The notes below the pieces were generated by a model. It was given only the letters and a program-made list of their open reading frames with translations, ran no database searches and had not been told where the DNA came from. Position numbers and translations under genes: made by a program. Of a DNA stretch of 64,000 nucleotides, positions 40,901 to 52,910 are shown in pieces. The DNA is from Raillietiella orientalis (lineage: Eukaryota), in contig JAYWIR010000022.1 of assembly GCA_036172245.1 (NCBI GenBank), positions 2,790,001 through 2,854,000 on the forward strand. The letters run 5' to 3'. How positions within the stretch are numbered: position 1 is the stretch's first letter; every line of letters begins with the position of its first letter.

Positions 40901-41499
40901 GGAATTCTCGAACACAACCATCCTTATTTGGTTACACCAGTCCACAACTGGATGTTTTGAAAATCAATGTCCGTGTTGCTTTCATAATATTTATTAGTCG
41001 TACATGTAACAATACACATTTTTACATGAATACCTTATTACTAAGCTGCTTTTGCTATATACAATATGACTAACTATATACTAAGAAATTCTCACAATAA
41101 CTAAAAAAATCTGCAAGTAGAAAACAAAAAAGCATTTAACATGAACGGATGATTCAGACAAAAATTCTCCATGTGTGCAATTTTGAATTCGAATCTTACA
41201 CCGAATTCGTAAATCCACTTTAAAACTAATTATTACAACTGGCAGCAAGCACTGGCATTATTAAACAAATGGATAATCATTAAAAACTATTCTGAATTAC
41301 AAGTCCAGATTATTCCAAAGTGGTTCCTTGAATCATACAAATTAATTTAAATGCAATTATGAAATTCTGCCATAATTCCATATCACACTATTGTGATACA
41401 AAAAGTGATTATAGACATATGCAGAAAATGACATTATTTGAACTCACCACTGTCTCCAATAATAAGCAGCTTAAAAAGATGATCATAGTCTTTTGCCAT
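31989..41499 (-). CDS. Rab35: Ras-related small GTPase Rab35, 200 aa, 5 coding exons
   Basis: Minus-strand exons 41499-41448, 40159-39985, 38351-38227, 32694-32570, 32114-31989 (603 nt), all GT-AG and in phase. Protein: [108 protein letters not shown]. The N-terminus and the RGTHGV motif are Rab35-specific. Confidence 0.96.
33600..34066 (-). pseudogene. ND2: NUMT: fragment of mitochondrial NADH dehydrogenase subunit 2 inside Rab35 intron 3
   Basis: Read with the invertebrate mitochondrial code, the minus strand gives [21 protein letters not shown]...MWIMYLTIY...[17 protein letters not shown]...ISLLIYL. This matches the ND2 motifs (L)MAYSSIxHxxW and LxGxPPxxGFxPKW, with TGA at the Trp positions. 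Composition is C/A-rich and G-poor, unlike the surrounding intron. Boundaries are approximate. Confidence 0.9.
34150..34530 (-). mobile_element. Possible decayed L1/Tx1-like RT fragment adjacent to the NUMT
   Basis: [23 protein letters not shown] loosely resembles GVRQGCPLSPLLF..IR...I. Weak. Confidence 0.22.
37150..37520 (-). mobile_element. Decayed CR1/L2-like LINE RT fragment in Rab35 intron 3
   Basis: Minus-strand ADLSKAL (37281-37303) resembles DLSKAFD, preceded by an ISSFL..FNILK segment resembling PISLL..SKILEK. Confidence 0.3.
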
Positions 41500-44013
41500 A
41501 GCTACATTATTCTCACTGTCAAACAGCAAAGTGGTATTCCCTTTTGTTTGACACTGCTTTCCCCAACTAGCAAAAGAGATAACATAAATTGAAAGAATGC
41601 TGTTTACTGCTCCTGCATGATTCATTCAAATTGATCTGAGTGACTAGCACCTGAAATCAAGTCTAGTTTCAAAGTTCCATAATTTATAAAACTTGAACTT
41701 GTGATACTTCAAAAATCAAATCAAACACAAATCAAAACAGATGAGTTGACACAGTTTTCAAATACATTCGCCATAATTAAATACTGAAGAAACCACAATA
41801 TCAAATCAGAGACACTTCTTAATTGAGTGTGTTAACAGAAACGAGATATAATATAATTTTACTGCTTATAACTTGTAAATCCAAAATTTTAAATCATTTA
41901 GAATCAAAAATACTCTAAAAACATGCAAGACAACAGTAAAATAGGAATTAATTGGAATCCATCTACATAAATGCTTGCATTCCTATTCAGAAGGAACTGT
42001 CTAATGATATGCACATCCAGTGATACACAGCTCACTGTAATTAAACCTCATTGCACAGGGGAATCTTAGCTCCAATTAAGTAAATACTAGACATAATGTG
42101 GCGATTGAAATCTGCTTTACAAGATCAAATCTACTAAAGTCCCTCGCATTCTTCCGATCTTATTTTGAAAAGGAATAAAAAAAAACAAAGTACAACAAGA
42201 GTCCAATTTAATTCTTAAATATCACATAAAAAGGAAAACACACACTTTTGAAAAAAACTTCACAAAAATACACATCAGCCAATAACTACAGGTGGCGAAC
42301 AAACGAAAATTCTAACCAAAATACCACACTTAGACATTTAAATAACATCTGTGGCTAGTTTATTGTCCACTCAAAACTTCACTGAATGAATTTTGAATAG
42401 ACTTAGATCAAGACTCATCCATAATTAACTCTAGTTGCCAAAGAAGCTACACATGTAATAATTATAAAATATAAGCAGAAAATCATGTTTTCAGGATCAT
42501 TTTATAAGAAATCAATGTAAACACATCCATTTGAAAGGGGACAGCAGTTTACAACATCGAAATGAACTGTGCTTGGGTGTGACAAAAGTTATAGAATATC
42601 GTAGCAACCAACATGGAAAATGCATATGAGAAAAGTGAAAGACCACAAACATAAAACTGATTCATAGCACAGAAAACGCATGAGTATTTTGAAACCATCA
42701 TGTTCCAAAACTTGAAAATAAAACAGTTCTTTAATGTACTCAATAATGTTGCCAATGAATACTCCAGCTAAAGTTTGGTAATTTGTTTTTAAGTTTACAG
42801 ACATTCTTACTTTCAAGCTTGCAAGAATGCTTTTAAGTGCTTTTGCGAAAAATAGATTAGATCAGTGTCTATTTTTAACAATGAAGGGATTAATCTTTTA
42901 GAAAAATATCTAATTCATTTTCATGCTCTTATTTTATCTGTACTATATTTAATGGAATTTTTACAGAAAATTAAACAGAAACCAAAATCATATTTCCAGG
43001 AACTCAAATATACAACTATCCATAAGCAAACTAGACACTGTTTGCTCATGGATAAAGAAATAATCTATAATAATTGTTATGAAATGTGCTTAACAACTGC
43101 AAGACTGTGACACAGAAATATCCCTAATAGCATTTTTTTGTATTTCGCACTTAAGTAACTTGATACGTTTGCTAGACAATGCTAATACTAATTTATAGTT
43201 TCCCAAGTCTGAAGGCTCAAAGAAAAACTACAAAACCATGTAATTAAAGTTTGGAGTTCATAAAGAAATATTTTATATTTTTTTTCTTAAACATTCTATT
43301 CTTTTCAATTCCCTATCATTCATATTTTTAACTATGGCTCAAAAGCAGGTGTAATTACAGCAAGGCAAGAAATATTCATTAAGTGTCATGAAAAAAAAAT
43401 ATAGAACAACTCAACAATGGTTACACATAATACATTCTTCAATTAATAAAAAAGTAATGGAGAAAAGTCTAGCATTGTTTTTTAACAGGTTTTTGTTTTA
43501 CTTGCATTGTTAAAAACAATACTACACATCAGACTATGAATCATTCAATATTTTGTGGGTCAGAATTCACAGTAAACACTTCCTCTTACGTATTTATCAA
43601 ATGCTATGAACAATGGGTTAACAATCAAAGCAGTGAATGGAAAGGCATATCTCTAAAAACTACAACTTTGCAATCCAAAAGCATGGATATCTTGTCATCT
43701 TCACTCATAAACTAGAATTTAAAACACGAGACATTATTCACTTGCCAAAACAAGAACTAAGATCATTACAATCATAATGCTCTACAGTAATTTACTTCTG
43801 TCATAAGCATCTGCAATTGGCCTACAATTTTACAAGCTGACAGAAAAACATTAAATTATTTAATAATGCACAGTTTAATTACGTTTCGCACATGTGAGGC
43901 TGGCACTATAACTAAGCTTTATTTGATAACATAAAAAATATAAGGCATTACATTGACAAAAATTGCATTTTGGGGCATTCACTTTTCTTATTATTTAGGG
44001 CTCTCTAATACCC

Positions 44014-44292
44014 TGAGAGGTCGATGAATCCATGACCAATAATTCATAAAAGCATAAAAACAATGGACAATGTGCAAGATCATTCTGAAACAATATGATT
44101 AGCAGTTGTGAAGCGACAGTTTTTTTTTCACCGCCTATAAAAACTCTTTTGATTCAATACTGCATGATTCTTTTGATTCAGGCTTATTCTTTACACGAAT
44201 GTTTCTTGTACACATGCAACAATAAGTCTTTTCTTGTACAGCTTGTAGGTCTCAAAAAACTACTAACGAATGAATAACCCATGCTCTGACAA
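44014..44292 (+). repeat. Dispersed ~280-300 bp repeat, copy 1 (copy 2 at 54131-54438)
   Basis: Colinear shared blocks TGAGAGGTC..CATGACCAATAATT..AAAGCATAAAAA..CACCGCCT..AACTCTTTTGATT..TACTGCATGATTCTTTTGATTCA..AAGTCTTTTCTT..CTCAAAAAA..CGAATGAA. Confidence 0.85.
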
Positions 44293-47279
44293 ATTCTCAC
44301 CAATATGTGCTAATTCACTTACTCTCAGATTATTTCATGGACGAGCCATGTGAAATACAATTTCCCAATAGCTTTTCAACAAAAAGTTGCTAAATTAAAA
44401 CTTCAATCGATACACTTTAACAGAAAGAAAAACTTTCAAAAAAAAAACTGCATGTTTTCCGAGATCACTGTCAATTCCGTAATCTTATTATTTACAATTA
44501 CCGTATTTACCATTCATGAGCGGAATCCTTTAGAGTAACCCTTTCGTGTGTTGAAAATACAACTCGGCATGTGAGCTGCTTCCAAATCTCATTAGTGCTT
44601 TTAAAATCCAAAACGTCGCGACGAATTCGATGCCGATCAAAATGTTTGAACCATGTGCTGCATAGACACATGCAATTAATTGAGGTCAACACGTATCTGA
44701 TGGGTCAATAACTCGAACAAAGTCGTCGGAAATACTTCAAGTTGGAATGCCCTGCATTTATTGCTGGAAGCCTGGCTGGGAATATGCATCTCTTCAATTT
44801 ATCTCTGGCCATCAACACACGGAGGTGAACACATATCAAATATTTATATAAATGCAGCCTTTAAGATTCATGTGCACACTTGGATTCACAGCATACATAA
44901 ATACTCACATATGTACATCTATTTAATGTAGATACACATGTTTATGCAATTGCAATTCAAATACATATATGTGCATATTAAGTAGATGTGAGCCGTTAGT
45001 AGTTAATTAATGTGGTTTATTTATGTGCAATAGAATTACGAATTGCTCGAGAATTTCCTCGATGCTTCCATAATATACAGGAACTACATCAATATATCAG
45101 AAATGAAACTGATCATGAGCTCCGATTCTGCTTCTTAGCGAGATTCCACAAATGCCTCGAATATTGCGTGCAATGCTTTATCAAGAGATTTGACAAATAC
45201 AGCTGAAGCAATCTACTACCTCTCTGACATGTTCCATTTCATAAGACAATGATTATGAAATACTGACTAAACTCTCGAGTAGATATTCCACACACTGATT
45301 TTTATCAGTAAAGTACTGGTGTGAAAGATTCAAATCAAAGTATTCTTCCCATTTTGTATCATTCTGATAGTTACAGCAAAGTAAGCGATAATGGTAACAC
45401 TTTTTCTGTCGTAGTATGTGAAATTCAAATGAACACATCTGGATAACACTACAGTGTACAGTACCTGAATCTGTTATTTAATGTTGACATTTTAATGTTG
45501 GCAAACGATCTCCAATAAAAGCTTAAGTGTCATTGCTGAGGACGAATGTCGGAGATCAGATGCATGTCACCTTGTAATAGGATGATGCACAAAGAGTAAC
45601 GAAAACTATTTCAAAATATTTTTAATCATTAAAATTATAAAGGTGGCTGGTTTAACGAACGAACTGCGTTTATGAAACGGCAAACTTGTACAACAAATTG
45701 CAATTCTGAATATGCCCCGCTTGCACCTGGAAGAATTATTAAAGTGGACTCCAATTAGCTGCAGGTTCAAAGCAGCAGGCTTTAATAGAATTCAAAAATG
45801 AGAAATAAAGATGAAGTCATCAATGTCGAGCACTTTGAACTTCATAGATCGGATTGTCAACGGTCCTCAATCATTTCGACAACTGAAATATAATCAAAAA
45901 TTCTTAGAACGAGTTTCCAAGTGAATTATTTCTTTGGGCCGAACTTCATGCGAGCGAAACGAATGTTTATGGATATGAATCTAGTAATGAAGATGATCTT
46001 ATGCAAATTGGCTAATTTCTCTACAAGAAAAACGATAGCTTCCACGCTCCTTTGGTAGGAAGAAACTATATTTATTATTTTACTTTGCAGAGACTTCTGC
46101 AACGATCATGTATAGCTGTTCAATATAAATCGAGCTTTCGCTTTCCTCACTCACTGAATTTGTCGAGTAGAGTCTGATAGCCTCTGAAGAATGCTGACAT
46201 GTGAGACAGTCGAAGGATCTAACTTTAAATGGAAGAGTAAGAGCAGAAAAGTCTTAGAAGTTTCCCTACTTGCAGCATCTGTAAGAACAGCTACCAAACT
46301 TCATAGCGTTTTGATTTCAGTATTTGATTAGTGTTTTTTCTCTACTAGACTGCATTAGGCATTTCAATTAGAATTATGTCCACTCTTTACCTTCACTTTG
46401 TTGTTTTTCTTAGGAGTCAAAATATGACAAAAACATGGTAAGTAGCCACATCGATATCTTGTTAGATATCAATGTTCTCATGATTAGTGACGCTGCTTAT
46501 TCTTATCATCGCTCGATTTTTGGGACCTTTTAAGGAGAGAGGCAAACAAAAATCCAGTATCAGAAAATGGCAATGCAACTCAGTAGTGGAAATTCAGTGG
46601 AACCTCTTTCTAGAAGCAAGACACACTGTAAAGTATTAATCTGTATTTTGTTTGATTCCTTTTATCTTTACTCTTTGAATGCAAAGATTATCTGCGTAAG
46701 CACGTGTTCAAGAGGTCTGATCGGTGAGCTTGAAAGGACGGGGACCAGGACCGGGACGAGGCAGACGAGTGAGTGACATCGAACAGTTCCGTTTGGAGCG
46801 GGTTGTTTTCATCACCCTTTCAGTCTGTTTCTATATTCGGTCCTCATGACAGTTCTAGGGTAACGGGCGGTAACGATGCTTTGAATTTACATCCCAGAAA
46901 ACTGAATGTTTGAACATAGCCTTTCTTTTCTGATGTACTCCTATCTCTTCTGAGTCTTCCATTCCCTCAGCATTTCGTCGTTCGCCGGATCCCATGATCC
47001 CAGGCACCTAAGACGAACCCTCAAGCAAGACAGACCGTGAAGAAACACCATTCATCTGTGAGTCGGTCCGTTCCACCAATGAATACACTTTTGTCAAACA
47101 TTCACATGCAATTCACATTGTATGATACTCAGTCCTTACTGGAAAGCATTGCCTTCATCATCGATATCAAAAACACCATGCAAGCAGGAATAAGAAAGCA
47201 ATAAAGTTCGGCTTTCTCATACATGGAGTTACAGTGTTAATCAATTATAACGTTACTCAACTCTAGATGCCGTTTAATG

Positions 47280-47610
47280 GAGATTTTACAAGTTTAGTCG
47301 GTGAATACCTGTGTAAAAATTGCGATGATTCAAATACAATCAATATATTCGGTCTTTGACCAAGACAGTTGGAAGAATTTACAGTGATCAATTTTGTGGG
47401 ATAACGAGAACTTTCATAGATAATCCAAATGGAAATACATCATGCATTCTCTTTAGTTCCAATTTCTGGGAGAAACTTTTGTTCGCCTTTTCACAATTCT
47501 TCAAGAAAATGATTAAGCTTATACTAGAAGAATTTCATAAAACCTGCTTTCTTCCTCCTAGGATCTATACGTCTAAAGCAGGTTGCATTTCTCATAGAAT
47601 AAAGTGACTA
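47280..47610 (+). mobile_element. Decayed L1/Tx1-like LINE RT fragment
   Basis: LTKTVGRIYSDQFCGITRTFIDN and FWEKLLFAFSQFFKKMIKLI resemble Tx1/L1 LKKVL..IIH.DQTCG.PGR.IFDN and FL..VL.KFGF...FI.WIKLL. Confidence 0.4.
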
Positions 47611-48705
47611 ACACCCATTTGCTTGTTACCTGACCTGGAGGAGAAGTAAAGCTGGACTGTAATTTTAACATGGTTTCAAGTCAACTGACCAATGATCCTT
47701 TCTGTACTTTTATTCCTTACTGCAACTGCAGAAACAGAGATCCTTCCGAAGACCTCTATCTGAAACAAATTATCTACGAAGGTCTCTTACATGAAAAAAC
47801 TGAAAAAGTTTTGGAAATAGAGTGGAGTTACATATAAAAGTATAATTAATATATACATATGAAAGGAGATATTTCTGAAACAGTCAATTTGCAGGGTTTA
47901 ATACAAATAGCTGTGATAAAATTTTGGTGAACTTAAAAGAATGATTAATGTGATCTTTCTCAAGTATTTCTGAAGGCATATACAGATCTTTTAGAAGCAA
48001 TGAATTCATATGTAAAGCATTTCTTACTAGACAAGAGCAAATATTATTCACATTGTGTGAATCAACGATACGTACATCGTTGGTCTAAAACTGATTTAAT
48101 GAAGAACATACAAGAGAAAGATCAAGTCTAAATGATGCAGTTTTCAAACATTCAAAATTAGTTTTAGTGCAATGCCAATTTTAATAAAAAAGTGTTTCGA
48201 AACTTCTTTATTTTCTACTTGGACATAATAATTGGAAATTCTAAGTTAGCTTCTCAAATCTCAGAAGCTTGAGAAAATGATAATCGTATATTTTTCAGAC
48301 TGTTATAACTGCAATGGGCATAAAACATTTTTTTTTTTTAAAAAAAACAAATTTGTCAGCATTCAATCCCGAAGCGATAAACAAGCAGTTCCTCCACAAA
48401 TTGAAGGCACTCATGATCTTGATGGTATTTAACACTGAATGAAATTCTGCTTGTCGTAATACTCCCTTGATTAATTTATATCAGTTTGGATGCAGCATAG
48501 TGTAATTTTCATTTTTTTTTCCTTCTTCTCATCCGTGCCAATTGAGCTACCATGTAATGCTTGATAAAAGCTTTTCACGAATCAATCGGATCATAATTTA
48601 AGCTCATGATAATTTCCCGTTGAGAATGAACCATATAATCTTGAACTCGAGATATTCTCATTCTATCTCCAAGCATCTGTTCCACCTACAATCGCTAAAG
48701 GAATG

Positions 48706-49020
48706 CTATTTCTGAGCTAAGATGCTAAACAATGACACGCCTTTTTTTTTCCCTTCATGAAGCCAAATCAGAATGTTTAATGTTCTAATGGATACGTGCA
48801 GAAACAACCGTCCTACACGAGATGTATAAAGGACCTCGATGTGCCCATCATCCATCGCCTGAAAGCACTGGCAAGCGTAAGCAACGTGGATCTCATAGGT
48901 GTTCTTGTGTTCCGATTGCTTTAAGGCACCCCGAAACGATTGGGATGTTTTGAAGTGTGTGCGGATTAGGTTCCCATGTTGTGTAATTGTCCCAGTGAAA
49001 CGGTGCACCAAAGTATTTCA
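48706..49020 (-). mobile_element. Decayed RTE-like LINE 3' region just upstream of Cpr
   Basis: KTSQSFRGALK, LPVLSGDG*WA and RLFLHVSIRTLNILIW resemble RTE KASASFGRL, LPVLLYG.E.W and F..RCLR.ILGI.W. Confidence 0.35.
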
Positions 49021-49351
49021 TTCTTCCTGAAACCGTACAAGCTCGTACGTTCAGGAAATTTTTGTACTTTCTGATCCAGTTTCTGCATTAAATGAACCTT
49101 CAGGATTATGGGAAATGGACATAAACATTAAACTGTAGCATGAGAAAATCAAGACTGGAGATGCATAAAGATAATGCAGATCAATCTGATAAAGTATTAT
49201 CCGATGAGTGGATTTGTTTCCATATTCATATTTGTACCATATTCTGATTGAATATGGTCAATAGTTCAGGATTATTTCCATAAATGCGCTATTCAGTAGT
49301 TAACAAAAGTAATTATCATTGATCAGAAGTTTTGATCTGTGTTGGAAGTAC

Positions 49352-51737
49352 ATGGAAAGCGATCAGGCCAAGAAATTAGAAAACAATTACCTAACTTTGT
49401 TTGACATTATTCTATTTGGCATATTATCAGCATGTGGTGTTTTTTGGTTCTATTCCAAAAACTTTGGATGTAAGAAAAAGGAAGAGAATTCTAATATTTG
49501 GTGAATATATTTTTTTTATTGCATTCAATGTTTAATTTTATTTTCGCAATTAGTGATAATTCAAAATCCGATATCTCAAGCAGCAATGGTTTTATAGCAA
49601 AAATGAAAAGCACAGGTAAAAATCTAGTCATTTTCTATGGCTCCCAAACAGGCACTGCGGAGGAGTTCGCAAGACGACTTGCCAAAGAAGCACCTCGTTA
49701 TGGTTTGAAACCACTAGTTGTTGATCCCCAGGATTGTGATATGGTAAATCTTTAATGATGGATTAAAAAATTTCAATCATAGTGTAGGAAGAATTATGTT
49801 GCTTAACGGAAATCGATGATTCGTTAGCTATTTTCTGCGTAGCAACTTATGGAGAAGGTGATCCCACAGATAACTTATTGACATTCCATGATTGGCTTCA
49901 GAATACTGATTGCAATTTATCTGGAGTTCAGTATGCAGTGAGTCTGTTTTGTATTTAGATTTTGATGTTCTGCTAAGATCTTCGGCCTTGGAAATAAAAC
50001 ATATCAACATTATAATGCAGAAGCAAAATTTGTTGACAAACATTTGAGTATTCTTGGAGCTAGTCGCATCTATGATGTTGGTTTAGGTGATGATGATGAC
50101 AAGTAAGTTGACACATTTGGAGTATTTATTTGATACACAGGACAGTATTGAAGAAGATTTCATCACTTGGAAAGATCAGTTCTGGTTAGCTGCTGCAGAA
50201 CATTTCAACTTTGAACCAGAAAAGGAACAACTAGGTATTCGTCAATATAAATTAGTAGTCCATACTGATATGGATGCATCCACATCTCACGTATTTAGAG
50301 GGGAAGTGCAGAGAATGGGGAGCTTTGATAACCAGAAACCGTAAGCAAATGAACTTATAGAGAAATGTATTCCCGTAGTCCTTTTGATTGCAATAATCCA
50401 TACATGTCAAGAGTGCTTGTGCATAAAGAGTTGTTCCAGTCAGATGAACGTTCTTGTTTGCATCTTGAATTGCAAATTGATAGCAACAGCATGAGATATT
50501 CAGCTGGTGATCATCTTGCTGTGTATCCTCAGAATTCATATGATGTTGTTTGGAAACTTGTTACTCTTCTTGGTCGACAAGATCATTTAGATAATGTCAT
50601 TTCTTTGGTCAATATAGAAGGTAAATGAAAATATCTGTACCTACACTAATGTGATCAAGCAGAAGGCAGCAACAAAAAGTACCCCTTTCCTTGCCCCTGT
50701 ACTTATCGAACAGCTTTGTTGTATTACCTAAATATCACTTCTCCTCCTCGTACACATGTCATCAGGGAGCTATCAGAGTTTTGTCAGGATCCTTCAGAAA
50801 AGGAGCATCTTCGATTTATGTCTGGAGGCACACCAGAAGGGAAGGCTGCATATCTGCAGTGGGTGGTCAGATCTTATCGCAGCATTGTGCACATTTTGGA
50901 TGATTTACGTAGCTGTCAGCCTCCTCTGGATTATCTCTGTGAACTGCTACCTCGTCTGCAGGTACGCTCCTACTCCATTTCAAGCTCACCAAAGGTATGC
51001 TATTCACCAAAATGCATGCAATTTGTTTAGTGCTGTTAGTTGTATCCTGACTCTGTGCACCTTACTGTAAAAGTCACAGATTTCTATACAGCCAGTGGAC
51101 GGCGTCATCGTGGCGTAGCCTCTAGTTGGTTAGCAGAACAGTTGCCACAAGATACACAACCAGTGAACAAAATACCGATTTTCATCCGTAAATCGCAATT
51201 CCACCTTCCTAATCGCTCTAATATTCCTGTGATATTAATTGGAGCAGGAACAGGAATAGCTCCATTACGTGGTTTCCTTCAAGAGCGAGATTGGCGGAGG
51301 CTCAAAAATCATCCTGTTGGCGAGACCATTTTATTTTTTGGCTGTCGACATCAGCATGAAGATTTTCTTTATGGAAGTGAATTAAAGCACTGGGAAGTTA
51401 CTGGCACATTGAGCTCATTATATGTAGCTTTCTCCCGGGACCAGCCAACAAAGCATTATGTTACACATTTGATTCAATCACATGGTGCAAGTGTTTGGCG
51501 TTTGGTTACAAAAGGTTGTTACATATATGTGTGTGGGTGAGTATGGCTTGGTAGATGGGTTTATTTTTCAACTATACATTCTGTTACAGTGACGCCAAAC
51601 ACATGGCTAAAGATGTACATGCAGCCATGATTAAAGTTTTTCAAGTTCATGGGAACATGGAAGACTATAAAGCTGCTTCATATATGCAGAGTCTTGAAGC
51701 CCAGAAGAGATATTGTTGTGATGTATGGAGTTCATGA
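49352..51737 (+). CDS. Cpr: NADPH-cytochrome P450 reductase, 675 aa, 9 exons
   Basis: Exons 49352-49500, 49554-49743, 49788-49937, 49978-50102, 50146-50340, 50379-50620, 50663-50994, 51040-51536, 51590-51737 (2028 nt, in frame). N-terminal membrane anchor; FMN motifs [24 protein letters not shown] and [11 protein letters not shown] motif [13 protein letters not shown] motifs [20 protein letters not shown] and YVCGDAKHMA; C-terminus DVWSS*. Confidence 0.96.
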
Positions 51738-51983
51738 TCAGAAAATCATTTCCTTAATTTGCCTTGTTGAATCAAATGGAATTTTAAGAAACATAACAGT
51801 ATTACGGTGTTACAGACATAAGCCAAAAATCTCATTTTTATACAAAAATCAATTTATGTACCTAATTTTTACAATTAATCAAATGGTTTCATTTATTTTT
51901 CTATATGAATATTTTTTATGCCTTATGTATACAAATTTTTATCAAATGTTTTTTAACAATGTTTGACTTTAAAGAACGAAAGT

Positions 51984-51989
51984 AATAAA
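51984..51989 (+). promoter_or_regulatory. Candidate polyadenylation signal of Cpr
   Basis: AATAAA ~250 nt after the stop codon, followed by GT/T-rich sequence. Confidence 0.45.
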
Positions 51990-52149
51990 TTATGAATTAT
52001 TTCTATCGTATCCTGTTCAGTTCGTTTTACTGTTGTGGGTCTGATCTTCGCAGATTTGTTGGTCAGAGTTTCGTAAAGTTGGGTTTTGAAATGGTTAGCT
52101 GCTTAGTGAAAGATTCCAAGACATTCCACATGCAGAAAATGTGACACGT

Positions 52150-52910
52150 AGTGCTGGTGTCCCTGGTAGTGCGCATCAGTTCCGTTGCCTTGGAGTTTGG
52201 CTTCTCCAGTCATATAGATGGTATCAAGTTCGGATTTTTCACCGGCAACATTCATCTTTCCTACATTAATGAATATGCTTTAGAAAAGAAACGAGGGGAA
52301 AAACAGGGGGAAACACCAGATGATAAATTCGATAGTTCCTGGGAAAGTTTATGTCTGCTGTGCGGGTGCAGAACGTGATCCATTGATATCCCCTGTTTTG
52401 ACGAAGCTACGTTAAGGTCAAAGGCGTGACCCGAGCCGTAAACGAGGAAAGTCACTTTCGCCCCAAACGTACACAATGGGTGCATACTCATAAATCCTAG
52501 TTGTCAACACTAGAAAATTTCAAAACAGATACTCCAGATTTCAATTATGACTTGCTCCTTTAGTCTTGAAGTTTTATGAAAGAGTGCTGTCTACCGTTTC
52601 TTTGCTCTGGACACACAAGAGACTTTTCTTTAAACAAGCAGTCGAGCTAACCCTTTGTATCACCTTACTGAGGAGTACAACATGTGCATATAAAGAACAA
52701 AGTATGATGATGGAATGGGAAACCCGTATCACTTGTGAGCACGATAAAGTCAATGTAGTTAAGTCGGGTTTCATGCCAAAAGGAACGAACGAGTTGAATG
52801 CCGTTCCCCAGCGGGAGGTGCATTTTTTATGGACACTTCTTAGCAGATTTGGAAGAAAGAGAATTGAGAATTGTCGGATCGCATATAGGAGAACAAGTGT
52901 ATGTAGGTAA
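52150..52910 (+). mobile_element. Decayed RTE-like LINE (endonuclease + RT fragments)
   Basis: LSYINEYA..EKQG..DDKFDSSWESL is APE-like (I..YAP....K..FW..L). It is followed by GFMPKGT and AVPQREV..LWTLLSRFG, resembling QFGFMPGRST and AYDRVPRE.LW..L...G. Further RTE-like pieces may lie at ~53230-53510. Confidence 0.4.

Noticed and set aside
49024..49057. Imperfect hairpin upstream of Cpr
   Set aside because: Short, adjacent to LINE debris, and no supporting context.
49352..51737. Nitric oxide synthase, NDOR1 or methionine synthase reductase
   Set aside because: The N-terminal membrane anchor, 675-aa size and CPR-type motifs fit CPR; there is no oxygenase domain.
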